Shown one piece after another: positions 30,001-42,487 of a stretch of 64,000 nt of DNA. Both the position numbers and the translations under genes were made by a program. This stretch comes from Eledone cirrhosa (Eukaryota): the NCBI GenBank assembly GCA_964016885.1, contig OZ024741.1, positions 413,850,001-413,914,000 on the forward strand, given 5' to 3'. Numbering within the stretch: position 1 is the first letter of the stretch; every line of letters starts with the position of its first letter. Below the pieces are notes generated by a model that saw nothing but the letters and a program-made list of their open reading frames with translations, had not been told where the DNA came from and searched no databases.

Positions 30001-33000
30001 TGAGGACCTTTGTCATGTCACCTACATGACCACTTTACAGTGTGGACTGAGGACCTTTGTCATGTCACCGACACGACCACTTTACAGTGTGGACTGAGGA
30101 CCTTTGTCATGTCACTGACACGACCACTTTACAGTGTGGACTGAGGACCTTTGTCATGTCACTGACACGACCACTTTACAGTGTGGACTGAGGACCTTTG
30201 TCATGTCACCGACATGACCACTTTACAGTGTGGACTGAGGACCTTTGGCATGTCACCGACACGACCACTTTACAGTGTGGACTGAGGACCTTTGTCACGT
30301 CACCTCCATGATCACTTTACAGTGTGGACTGAGGACCTTTGTCATGTCACTGACATGACCACTTTACAGTGTGGACTGAGGACCTTTGTCATGTCACCAA
30401 CTTGACCACTTTACAGTGTGGACTGAGGACCTTTGTCATGTCACCGACATGACCATTTTATAGTGTGGACTGAGGACCTTTGTCATGTCACCGACACAAC
30501 CACTTTACAGTGTGGACTGATGACCTTTGTCATGTCACCGACACAACCACTTTACAGTGTGGACTGAGGACCTTTGTCATGTCACCTACATGACCACTTT
30601 ACACTGTGGACTGAGGACCTTTATCATGTCACCTACATGACCACTTTGCAGTGTCGACTGAGGACCTTTGTCATGTCACCAGCATGACCACTTTACAGTG
30701 TGGACTGAGGGTCTTTGTCTTGTCACTGACAAGACCACTTTACAGTGTGGACTGAGGGTCTTTGTCATGTCACTGACAAGACCACTTTACAGTGTGGACT
30801 GAGGACCTTTGTCATGTCACTGACAAGACCACTTTACAGTGTGGACTGAGGACCTTTGTCATGTCACCGACATGACCACTTTACAGTGTGGACTGAGGAC
30901 CTTTGTCATGTCACCTACACGACCACTTTACAGTGTGGACTGAGGACCTTTGTCATGTCACTGACATGACCACTCTACAGTGTGGACTGAGGACCTTTGA
31001 CACGTCACCTCCATGACCACTTTACAGTGTGGACTGAGGACCTTTGTCATGTCACCAACTTGACCACTTTACAGTGTGGACTGAGGACCTTTGTCATGTC
31101 ACTGACAAGACCACTTTACAGTGTGGACTGAGGACCTTTGTCATGTCACCAACTTGACCACTTTACAGTGTGGACTGAGGACCTTTGTCATGTCACCGAC
31201 ATGACCATTTTATAGTGTGGACTGAGGACCATTGTCATGTCACCGACACAACCACTTTACAGTGTGGACTGATGACCTTTGTCATGTCACCGACACAACC
31301 ACTTTACAGTGTGGACTGAGGACCTTTGTCATGTCACCTACATGACCACTTTACACTGCGGACTGAGGACCTTTGTCATGTCACCAACATGACCACTTTA
31401 CAGTGTGGACTGAGGACCTTTGTCATGTCCCCGACATGACCACTTTACAGTGTGGACTGAGGACCTTTGTCATGTCACCGACATGACCATTTTATAGTGT
31501 GGACTGAGGACCTTTGTCATGTCACCGACATAACCACTTTACAGTGTGGACTGAGGACCTTTGTCATGTCCCCGACATGACCACTTTACAGTGTGGACTG
31601 AGGACCTTTGTCATGTCACCAACTTGACCACTTTACAGTGTGGACTGAGGACCTTTGTCATGTCACCGACATGACCATTTTATAGTGTGGACTGAGGACC
31701 TTTGTCATGTCACCGACACAACCACTTTACAGTGTGGACTGAGGACCTTTGTCACGTCACCTCCATGACCACTTTACGGTGTGGACTGAGGACCTTTGTC
31801 ACGTCACCTCCATGACCACTTTACAGTGTGGACTGAGGACCTTTGTCATGTCACCAACTTGACCACTTTACAGTGTGGACTGAGGACCTTTGTCATGTCA
31901 CTGACACGTCCACTTTACAGTGTGGACTGAGGACCTTTGTCATGTCACCAACTTGACCACTTTACAGTGTGGACTGAGGACCTTTGTCATGTCACCTACA
32001 TGACCACTTTACAGTGTGGACTGAGGACCTTTGTCATGTCACCAACTTGACCACTTTACAGTGTGGACTGAGGACCTTTGTCATGTCACCAACTTGACCA
32101 CTTTACAGTGTGGACTGAGGACCCTTGTCATGTCACCTACACGACCACTTTACAGTGTGGACTGAGGACCTTTGTCATGTTACCTACATGACCACTTTAC
32201 AGTGTGGACTGAGGACCTTTGTCATGTCACCGACACGACCACTTTACAGTGTGGACTGAGGACCTTTGTCATGTCACTGACACGACCACTTTACAGTGTG
32301 GACTGAGGACCTTTGTCATGTCACTGACATGACCACTTTACAGTGTGGACTGAGGACCTTTTTCATGTCACCGACATGACCACTTTACAGTGTGGACTGA
32401 GGACCTTTGGCATGTCACCGACACGACCACTTTACAGTGTGGACTGAGGACCTTTGTCACGTCACCTCCATGATCACTTTACAGTGTGGACTGAGGACCT
32501 TTGTCATGTCACTGACATGACCACTTTACAGTGTGGACTGAGGACCTTTGTCATGTCACCAACTTGACCACTTTACAGTGTGGACTGAGGACCTTTGTCA
32601 TGTCACCGACATGACCATTTTATAGTGTGGACTGAGGACCTTTGTCATGTCACCGACACAACCACTTTACAGTGTGGACTGATGACCTTTGTCATGTCAC
32701 CGACACAACCACTTTACAGTGTGGACTGAGGACCTTTGTCATGTCACCTACATGACCACTTTACACTGTGGACTGAGGACCTTTATCATGTCACCTACAT
32801 GACCACTTTGCAGTGTCGACTGAGGACCTTTGTCATGTCACCAGCATGACCACTTTACAGTGTGGACTGAGGCTCTTTGTCTTGTCACTGACAAGACCAC
32901 TTTACAGTGTGGACTGAGGGTCTTTGTCATGTCACTGACAAGACCACTTTACAGTGTGGACTGAGGACCTTTGTCATGTCACTGACAAGACCACTTTACA

Positions 33001-36000
33001 GTGTGGACTGAGGACCTTTGTCATGTCACCGACATGACCACTTTACAGTGTGGACTGAGGACTTTTGTCATGTCACCGACATGACCACTTTACAGTGTGG
33101 ACTGAGGACCTTTGTCATGTCACCAACATGACCACTTTACAGTGTGGACTGAGGACCTTTGTCATGTCCCCGACATGATCACTTTACAGTGTGGACTGAG
33201 GACCTTTGTCATGTCACTGACACGACCACTTTGCAGTGTGGACTGAGGACCTTTGTCATGTCACCAACTTGACCACTTTACAGTGTGGACTGAGGACCTT
33301 TGTCATGTCACCAACTTGACCACTTTACAGTGTGGACTGAGGAGCTTTGTCATTTCACCGACACGACCACTTTACAGTGTGGACTGAGGACCTTTGTCAT
33401 GTCACCAGCATGACCACTTTACAGTGTGGACTGAGGACCTTTGTTATGTCACCTACACGACCACTTTACAGTGTGGACTGAGGACCTTTGTCATGTCACC
33501 AACTTGACCACTTTACAGTGTGGACTGAGGACCTTTGTCATGTCACCTACATGACCACTTTACAGTGTGGACTGAGGACCTTTTTCATGTCACCAACTTG
33601 ACCACTTTACAGTGTGGACTGAGGACCTTTTTCATGTCCCTGACATGACCACTTTACAGTGTGGACTGAGGACCTTTGTCATGTCACCAACATGACCACT
33701 TTACAGTGTGGACTGAGGACCTTTTTCATGTCCCCGACATGACCACTTTACAGTGTGGACTGAGGACCTTTGTCATGTCAAATACATGACCACTTTACAG
33801 TGTTGACTGAGGGCCTTTGTCATGTCACCGACACGACCACTTTCCAGTGTGGACTGAGGACCTTTGTCATGTCACTAACATTACCACTCTACAGTGTGGA
33901 CTGAGGAGCTTTGTCATGTCACCGACATGACCACTTTACAGCGTTGACTGAGGACTTTTGTCATGTCCCCGACATGACCACTTTAGAGTGTGGACTGAGT
34001 ACCTTTGTCATGTCACCTACATGACCACTTTACAGTGTGGACTGAGGACCTTTTTCATGTCACCAACATGACCACTTTACAGTGTGGACTGAGGACCTTT
34101 GGCATGTCACCGACACGACCACTTTACAGTGTGGACTGAGGACCTTTGTCATGTCACCGACATTACCACTCTACAGTGTGGACTGAGGGTCTTTGTCATG
34201 TCACCGACACGACCACTTTACAGTGTGGACTGAGGAACTTTGTCATGTCACCAACTTGACCACTTTACAGTGTGGACTGAGGACCTTTGTCATGTCACTA
34301 ACACGACCATTTTACAGTGTGGACTGAGGACTTTTGTCACGTCACCTACATGACCACTTTACAGTGTGGACTGAGGACCTTTGTCATGTCACCGACACGA
34401 CCACTTTACAGTGTGGACTGAGGACCTTTGTCACGTCACCTCCATGACCACTTTACAGTGTGGACTGAGGACCTTTGTCATGTCACCAACTTGACCACTT
34501 TACAGTGTGGACTGAGGACCTTTGTCATGTCACCGACATGACCATTTTATAGTGTGGACTGAGGACCTTTGTCATGTCACCGACACAACCACTTTACAGT
34601 GTGGACTGATGACCTTTGTCATGTCACCGACACAACCACTTTACAGTGTGGACTGAGGACCTTTGTCATGTCACCTACATGACCACTTTACAGTGTGGAC
34701 TGAGGACCTTTGTCATGTCACTGACAAGACCACTTTACAGTGTGGACTGAGGACCTTTGTCATGTCACTGACAAGACCACTTTACAGTGTGGACTGAGGA
34801 CCTTTGTCATGTCACCGACATGACCACTTTACAGTGTGGACTGAGGACTTTTGTCATGGCACCGACATGACCACTTTACAGTGTGGACTGAGGACCTTTG
34901 TCATGTCACCAACATGACCACTTTACAGTGTGGACTGAGGACCTTTTTCATGTCCCCGACATGATCACTTTACAGTGTGGACTGAAGACCTTTGTCATGT
35001 CACTGACATGACCACTTTACAGTGTGGACTGAGGACCTTTGTCATGTCACCAACTTGACCACTTTACAGTGTGGACTGAGGACCTTTGTCATGTCACCAA
35101 CTTTACCACTTTACAGTGTGGACTGAGGACCTTTGTCATTTCACCGACACAACCACTTTACAGTGTGGACTGAGGACCTTTGTCATGTCACCAGCATGAC
35201 CACTTTACAGTGTGGACTGAGGACCTTTGTCATGTCACCTACACGACCACTTTACAGTGTGGACTGAGGACCTTTGTCATGTCACAGACATGACCACTTT
35301 ACAGTGTGGACTGAGGACTTTTGTCATGTCACCGACATGACCACTTTACAGTGTGGACTGAGGACCTTTGTCATGTCACCAACATGACCACTTTGCAGTG
35401 TGGACTGAGGACCTTTGTCATGTCCCCGACATGATCACTTTACAGTGTGGACTGAGGACCTTTGTCATGTCACTGACACGACCACTTTGCAGTGTGGACT
35501 GAGGACCTTTGTCATGTCACCAACTTGACCACTTTACAGTGTGGACTGAGGAGCTTTGTCCTTTCACCGACACGACCACTTTACAGTGTGGACTGAGGAC
35601 CTTTGTCATGTCACCAGCATGACCACTTTACAGTGTGGACTGAGGACCTTTGTCATGTCACCTACACGACCACTTTACAGTGTGGACTGAGGACCTTTGT
35701 CATGTCACCAACTTGACCACTTTACAGTGTGGACTGAGGACCTTTGTCATGTCACTGACACGACCACTTTACAGTGTGGACTGAGGACTTTTGTCACGTC
35801 ACCTACATGACCACTTTACAGTGTGGACTGAGGACCTTTGTCATGTCACCGACACGACCACTTTACAGTGTGGACTGAGGACCTTTGTCACGTCACCTCC
35901 ATGACCACTTTACAGTGTGGACTGAGGACCTTTGTCATGTCACCAACTTGACCACTTTACAGTGTGGACTGAGGACCTTTGTCATGTCACCGACATGACC

Positions 36001-39000
36001 ATTTTATAGTGTGGACTGAGGACCTTTGTCATGTCACCGACACAACCACTTTACAGTGTGGACTGATGACCTTTGTCATGTCACCGACACAACCACTTTA
36101 CAGTGTGGACTGAGGACCTTTGTCATGTCACCTATATGACCACTTTACAGTGTGGACTGAGGACCTTTGTCATGTCACTGACAAGACCACTTTACAGTGT
36201 GGACTGAGGACCTTTGTCATGTCACTGACAAGACCACTTTACAGTGTGGACTGAGGACCTTTGTCATGTCACCTACATGACCACTTTACAGTGTGGACTG
36301 AGGACTTTTGTCATGGCACCGACATGACCACTTTACAGTGTGGACTGAGGACCTTTGTCATGTCACCAACATGACCACTTTACAGTTTTGACTGAGGACC
36401 TTTGTCATGTCCCCGACATGATCACTTTACAGTGTGGACTGAGGACCTTTGCCATGTCACTGACACGACCACTTTACAGTGTGGACTGAGGACCTTTGTC
36501 ATGTCACCAACTTGACCACTTTACAGTGTGGACTGAGGACCTTTGTCATGTCACCAACTTGACCACTTTACAGTGTGGACTGAGGACCTTTGTCATTTCA
36601 CCGACACGACCACTTTACAGTGTGGACTGAGGACCTTTGTCATATCACCAGCATGACCACTTTACAGTGTGGACTGAGGACCTTTGTCATGTCACCTACA
36701 CGACCACTTTACAGTGTGGACTGAGGACCTTTGTCATGTCCCTGACATGACCACTTTACAGTGTGGACTGAGGACCTTTGTCATGTCCCCGACATGACCA
36801 CTTTACAGTGTGGACTGAGGGCCTTTGTCATTTCACCAACATGACCACTTTACAGTGTGGACTGAGGGCCTTTGTCATGTCACCGACACGACCACTTTCC
36901 AGTGTGGACTGAGGACCTTTGTCATGTCACTAACATGACCACTCTACAGTGTGGACTGAGGAGCTTTGTCATGTCACCGACATGACCACTTTACAACGTT
37001 GACTGAGGACTTTTGTCATGTCCCCGACATGACCACTTTAGAGTGTGGACTGAGGACCTTTGTCATGTCACCTACATGACCACTTTACAGTGTGGACTGA
37101 GGACCTTTTTCATGTCACCAACATGACCACTTTACAGTGTGGACTGAGGACCTTTGGCATGTCACCGACACGACCACTTTACAGTGTGGACTGAGGACCT
37201 TTGTCATGTCACCGACACAACCACTTTACAGTGTGGACTGAGGACCTTTGTCATGTCACCGACATGACCACTCTACAGTGTGGACTGAGGGTCTTTGTCA
37301 TGTCACCGACACGACCACTTTACAGTGTGGACTGAGGAACTTTGTCATGTCACCAACTTGACCACTTTACAGTGTGGACTGAGGACCTTTGTCATGTCAC
37401 TGACACGACCACTTTACAGTGTGGACTGAGGACTTTTGTCACGTCACCTACATGACCACTTTACAGTGTGGACTGAGGACCTTTGTCATGTCACCGACAC
37501 GACCACTTTACAGTGTGGACTGAGGGCCTTTGTCACGTCACCTCCATGACCACTTTACAGTGTGGACTGAGGACCTTTGTCATGTCACCAACTTGACCAC
37601 TTTACAGTGTGGACTGAGGACCTTTGTCATGTCACCGACATGACCATTTTATAGTGTGGACTGAGGACCTTTGTCATGTCACCGACACAACCACTTTACA
37701 GTGTGGACTGATGACCTTTGTCATGTCACCGACACAACCACTTTACAGTGTGGACTGAGGACCTTTGTCATGTCACCTATATGACCACTTTACAGTGTGG
37801 ACTGAGGACCTTTGTCATGTCACTGACAAGACCACTTTACAGTGTGGACTGAGGACCTTTGTCATGTCACTGACAAGACCACTTTACAGTGTGGACTGAG
37901 GACCTTTGTCATGTCACCTAGATGACCACTTTACAGTGTGGACTGAGGACTTTTGTCATGGCACCGACATGACCACTTTACAGTGTGGACTGAGGACCTT
38001 TGTCATGTCACCTACATGACCACTTTACAGTGTGGACTGAGGACCCTTGTCATGTCACTGACACGACCACTTTACAGTGTGGACTGAGGACCTTTGTCAT
38101 GTCACCAACTTGACCACTTTACAGTGTGGACTGAGGACCTTTGTCATGTCACCAACTTGACCACTTTACAGTGTGGACTGAGGACCTTTGTCATTTCACC
38201 GACACGACCACTTTACAGTGTGGACTGAGGACCTTTGTCATATCACCAGCATGACCACTTTACAGTGTGGACTGAGGACCTTTGTCATGTCACCTACACG
38301 ACCACTTTACAGTGTGGACTGAGGACCTTTGTCATGTCACCAACTTGACCACTTTACAGTGTGGACTGAGGACCTTTGTCATGTCACCTACATGACCACT
38401 TTACAGTGTGGACTGAGGACCTTTTTCATGTCACCAACTTGACCACTTTACAGTGTGGACTGAGGACCTTTGTCATGTCCCTGACATGACCACTTTACAG
38501 TGTGGACTGAGGGCCTTTGTCATGTCACCAACATGACCACTTTACAGTGTGGACTGAGGACCTTTGTCATGTCACCGACATGACCACTTTACAGTGTGGA
38601 CTGAGGGCCTTTGTCATGTCACCGACATGACCACTTTACAGTGTGGACTGAGGACCTTTGTCATGTCACCAACATGACCACTTTACAGTGTGGACTGAGG
38701 GCCTTTGTCATGTCACCTACACGACCACTTTACAGTGTGGACTGAGGACCTTTGTCATGTCACCAACATGACCACTTGACAGTGTGGACTGAGGGCCTTT
38801 GTCATGTCACCAACATGACCACTTTACAGTGTGGACTGAGGACCTTTGTCATGTCACCAACATGACCACTTTACAGTGTGGACTGAGGGCCTTTGTCATG
38901 TCACCGACATGACCACTTTACAGTGTGGACTGAGGACCTTTGTCATGTCACCTACATGACCACTTTACAGTGTGGACTGAGGGTCTTTGTCATGTCACCG

Positions 39001-39070
39001 ACATGACCACTTTACAGTGTGGATTGAGGACCTTTGTCATTACACCGACACGACCACTTTACAGTGTGGA
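1..39070 (+). repeat. 47-bp tandem satellite, about 830 units, open at the left edge; consensus TGTGGACTGAGGACCTTTGTCATGTCACCGACATGACCACTTTACAG
   Basis: TGTGGAC recurs at 1, 48, 95 and onward to 39065 with no unique spacers. Units differ by point substitutions and occasional 1-3 bp indels. Confidence 0.99.
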
Positions 39071-39298
39071 AATGTGCAGTATTAGACAAAAGATGCTGTG
39101 AGGACACTGCATCCTTCAGATGATCGTGGAAATGTGCAGTATTAGACTAAAGATGCTGTGAAGACACTGCATCCTTCAGATGATCGTGGAAATGTGCAGT
39201 ATTAGACTAAAGATGTTGTGAGGACACTTCATCCTTCAGATGATTGTGGAAATGTGCAGTATTAGACTAAAGATGCTGTGAGGACACTGCATCCTTCA
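39066..39298 (+). repeat. 60-bp tandem repeat, about 3.9 copies, bridging the satellite and a CR1 remnant
   Basis: GTGGAAATGTGCAGTATTAGACTAAAGATGCTGTGAGGACACTGCATCCTTCAGATGATC repeats at exactly 60-bp spacing on four consecutive lines. Confidence 0.95.
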
Positions 39299-39515
39299 AA
39301 ACTTCCATGCTTCCCGAAATTCGCCAACACTATACCTGATATTCCCCCTCCATACACACATGCGCATATGTGGGTGTGTGTGTCTGTATGTATATCATGA
39401 ATCATACACTGTTAACTTTCCTGACATTTCTACATTATTTTATGTACTATACATGCACCTTTGATGGGTTGTAGTGCACCTGAGCACTGTACATAATAAT
39501 TTTTATTATTATTAT
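39275..39515 (+). mobile_element. CR1-like LINE 3' end remnant
   Basis: Homologous to 40155-40328 and 49755-49910 (GAAATTCGCCAACACTA..CCTGATATTCCCCC..GTAGTGCACCTGAGCACTGTA); ends in an (ATT)n tail. Confidence 0.7.
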
Positions 39516-39759
39516 TATATATTTAATATCTTGTAAAGTAATTTTCATGGACGTCTTGTTAATGTGGTTTCCTGTGTTTTGTTGATTCAAATGTTTATAG
39601 TATATTTACTAGTGGACAGATCATTGAGAAAATTTACAGTAAACTAAAGCAAAGGCTATTTAATGTGATGCAGTCATAGTGTTTGTACTGTTCAACAATA
39701 TAATTTTATGTGGTTTGTTAATTCCAAGTAATATTCTAACAACTTCTGTTTGCTTTTAG

Positions 39760-39901
39760 GAAGAAGGTTACCAGTTGTGGATAGATGTTGACTGTATTGG
39801 TCCGTCCAATTTACAAGCCATGGCCAGTGGAATAGAAAATGCTGCTGTTGTTTTAATTTGTATGTCTGAAAAATATAAGCAAAGCCCCAGTTGTCGTACA
39901 G
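39760..39901 (+). CDS. TIR-SAM gene exon a (internal): EEGYQLWIDVDCIGPSNLQAMASGIENAAVVLICMSEKYKQSPSCRT
   Basis: Pyrimidine tract plus AG at 39758-59 and donor G|GTAACA. The translation matches the TIR_2 pattern G..WID...AMA.GIE.A..V..C.S..Y..S..C. Confidence 0.92.
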
Positions 39902-39996
39902 GTAACAAGTCAATGTTGTACCATCTAAAATATATTTTAAACCTTTTATTACCATATTTTTAGTGAGAGAAACTACCTATGTTGTTTAACCCTTTC

Positions 39997-40328
39997 CAAC
40001 AACAACCCTGAGCACCTTTTTGAATTCCATATATCTAACACCCATGGACATGCTTACAATATCAGAAAACAATACAGCTCCCATGACTTTTGGAAACAAT
40101 TTTTCAAGCTGGGAGTTGCTGAAGCATGGAACAAACTACCTGCATCAGATGTTAGCTGTCAGGACATTGCATCTTTCAAAACTTGCATGCATCCTGAAAT
40201 TCGCCAACACTACACCTGATATTCCCCCTCCATACACATGCATGCATGTATCTATGTGTGTATCCTGACTCATTCACTGTTCACTTTCCTGACATTTGTA
40301 CATTATTATATGTACTATACATGCACCA
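39997..40328 (+). mobile_element. CR1-like LINE 3' fragment, degenerate
   Basis: Translates to ..THGHAYNIRKQ..FF..VAEAWNKLPASDVSCQDIASFKT, the CR1 ORF2 C-terminal TRGH / WN.LP / FK motifs. Confidence 0.75.
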
Positions 40329-40447
40329 GAGTAAATAGATGTACAAAAAGTCTTATTAGTTTCACGCTTTATATGGAAAAGGGGAAAGAAAGTTTGACAT
40401 GTCGGGCTTTAACCCTTCTTCAGGTATATATATATATATATATATAT

Positions 40448-40995
40448 ATCATCATTTTACGTCCATTTTTCCCTGCTTGCAAGGGTGGTACAGGTCCTCT
40501 TCAGTATAACATCTCTCCACATGTCAAGGTCCTTTGTCTTCCTTCTGTGAGCTTCAGAGATCTGAGGTCAGCTCTCGTCACCTCCGCCTATGTTTTCCGT
40601 GGTCTTCTTCTACTGTGTCTTCCTTCCACTGGGATCACCTGGCTCCTATTCACCCAGTGGTCATCACATGGCCATACCAATGTAGTCTTCTCTCCCATAC
40701 ACTACAGTTTATCCTTCTTATACACAGTTTCACTCTCAACTTCTTTATGCTTATGCTTGGTCATTCACGCACATTGACATTGCACTTCCAACAGAGCCTG
40801 CTTGCTTCATTTCTCTCCAGCCTTTGCATATTCTTCGCAGCTGCTGCCCATGTCTCACTACTATGCAGCATCGCTCATCTCACACTGGCATCATACAACA
40901 GACCTTTCATTTGCAGGGAGAAACCCTTCATTATCAACAGAGGAAGCAGCTCCCTAAACTTCTTTCATCCTGTCCTTATTCTAGATACTATGGCC
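40448..40995 (-). mobile_element. RTE-clade LINE, 5'-truncated and decayed
   Basis: The minus strand encodes RIRTG*KKFRELLPLL..GFSL..KGLLYDA..LHSSETWA..RLERNEAS and a WYGH-like motif; a (TGA)n tail lies at about 40448. Confidence 0.85.
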
Positions 40996-41010
40996 TATAT
41001 ATTTATATAT

Positions 41011-41456
41011 ACAGTACTACTGAAGACCTGCCCTCCCATAGGCTTGAGCTCAAGTATGTATCTCATAAGCAACACCTTCCTATACCATCTCCCCTCCCAT
41101 ACACCTCCCTTTGCCGTAACAATCCCTCCCCTATTACCTACATCCTCAATTTCCCCAAGCTTCTTCCTCCACCCTCCCTAGTTCCTACCCAACACCATGA
41201 AGCGACCCCACCCTTGAGCTACGACAAAAGCACCCAGCCCTCACTCTATAGTGGTCATGTAGGTGTCATGACAAAAAACACTCAGCACACACTGTAAATG
41301 TGGTTGGTGTTAGGAAGAGCATCCAACTGTAGAAACCAAGCCAGAATCAGCCCCGGTTGAGCAAATTATAGTCCTCTGACTTGGTTTTCTACCAAAGGGT
41401 CAACCCATCCTAACCACGCTTGTATGGTTAGGATGAGCGTTAAATGATGATGAAGA
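41011..41456 (+). mobile_element. RTE LINE ORF end, 3' UTR and (TGA)n tail, containing two satellite-like units in reverse complement
   Basis: Starts AVLLKTCP (compare TVIQKTRL in other copies), contains GTGGTTGGTGTTAGGAAG.GCATC and ends CGTTAAATGATGATGA, as in the copies at 49913 and 61345. Confidence 0.75.
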
Positions 41457-41562
41457 TATATATAATATATATTTTTTTCTTTATTATTTTTTCTTATAAA
41501 TTATTCCGTAATAAGCATCTTTACAAATATTTGTAAATATTCGTAATTATTAATTATTACTA

Positions 41563-41750
41563 AGGCGGTGAATTGGCAGTATCTGTAGAGGGTCCGACAC
41601 CATGCTTTGCAGCATAGAGTTACGGCCCTTTATGATTTAAGTTCAAATTCCGCCGAGGTTAACTTTGCCTTTCATCCTTATGGGGTCGATAAAATAAAGT
41701 ACCAGTAATACACTGGGGTAATTGCTGGCCTTGTGCCAAAAGTAGAAACA
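41563..41750 (+). mobile_element. tRNA-derived SINE, family 1
   Basis: GGCGGTGAATTGGCAG head, B-box-like GTTCAAATTC and conserved GCCTTTCATCC..GGGGTCGATAAAATAAAGTACCAG body; near-identical copies at 47353, 48307 and 48440. Confidence 0.85.
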
Positions 41751-41805
41751 ATTAATTATTAATTATTAATTATTATTAATTATTACTTATGTTTAATTAT
41801 TGTAG

Positions 41806-42009
41806 AAGCAGAATACACATTTCGGTTACGAAAGGACTACATTCCAATGATGATGCAGAAAAAGTACAATCCAGATGGATGGCTTGGTACCATGTTAGGG
41901 GCAAAGTTGTTCTTTGATTTTAGTGGTAAATACCCATTTGAGAAGAGTTTTGGTGGACTTATCAAAGAACTCCGAGGACGAGGGCAGTATTCACCAGGTG
42001 ATGCTCAAG
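41806..42009 (+). CDS. TIR-SAM gene exon b: (E)AEYTFRLRKDYIPMMMQKKYNPDGWLGTMLGAKLFFDFSGKYPFEKSFGGLIKELRGRGQYSPGDAQ
   Basis: Acceptor TGTAG| is phase-1 compatible with exon a (G|AA = Glu). Carries EAEY..R...IP..MQ..Y.PDGWLG..LG..L..DF motifs. Donor AG|GTTTGT; an alternative same-phase donor lies at 41997. Confidence 0.93.
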
Positions 42010-42087
42010 GTTTGTACACAGAAATATATAGGTGTTTAGACATAAGAAAGGTGTGAGGGCCTGAATGAGTGTGTGGGGAAGGGGTTG

Positions 42088-42393
42088 ATATATATGAATG
42101 AGTGTGAGTGTGTGTGAATATTGTGTGAATATGTGTGTGTGTGAATATTTGTGTGTGTGAATATTTGTGTGAATATGTGTGAATATTTGTATGAATATGT
42201 GTGTGTGTGTGTGTGTGTAAATATTTGTGTGAATGTGTGTGTGAATATTTGTGTGAATGTGTGTGTGTGTGAATATTTGTGTGAATGTGTGTGTGTGTGT
42301 GAATATTTGTGTGAATGTGTGTGTGTGTGAATATTTGTGTGAATGTGTGTGTGTGTGAATATTTGTGTGAATGTGTGTGTGTGTGAATATTTG
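42088..42393. repeat. Compound (GT)n-GAATATTT simple repeat
   Basis: Repeated GTGTGAATATTTGTGTGAATGT units. Confidence 0.9.
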
Positions 42394-42395
42394 TT

Positions 42396-42487
42396 CACTC
42401 TATAAAGTTGTTGGTGTTAGGAAAGACATCCAGTACACTCTGTAAAGTTGTTGGCATTAGGAAAGACACCCAGTACACTCTGTAAAG
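42396..42487 (+). repeat. 40-bp tandem, about 2.3 copies, derived from the RTE 3' UTR
   Basis: CACTCTGTAAAGTTGTTGGTGTTAGGAAAGACATCCAGTA recurs at 40-bp spacing and resembles 41289-41325. Confidence 0.7.

Noticed and set aside
1-39070. CRISPR-like array (constant segment plus variable segment, with hairpin)
   Set aside because: The variable parts are point variants of one sequence, not unique spacers. There are no cas genes and the context is intron-containing eukaryotic DNA.
39600-39680. Possible missing TIR exon (frame reads GQIIEKIYSKLKQR, alphaA-like)
   Set aside because: No ISY-type first strand and no phase-0 GT/GC donor compatible with exon a; probably chance, though RNA-seq should confirm.
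40238-41297. Long + strand ORFs (179, 215 and 157 aa)
   Set aside because: They are antisense readings of a decayed RTE plus low-complexity sequence.
41563-41660. tRNA gene (A/B-box-like motifs)
   Set aside because: No cloverleaf; it continues into a repeated SINE body.
42036-42398. His/Thr-rich ORF, and similar ORFs at 48897, 56007-56582, 56644, 59039 and 60923
   Set aside because: Translations of microsatellites or TE UTRs.
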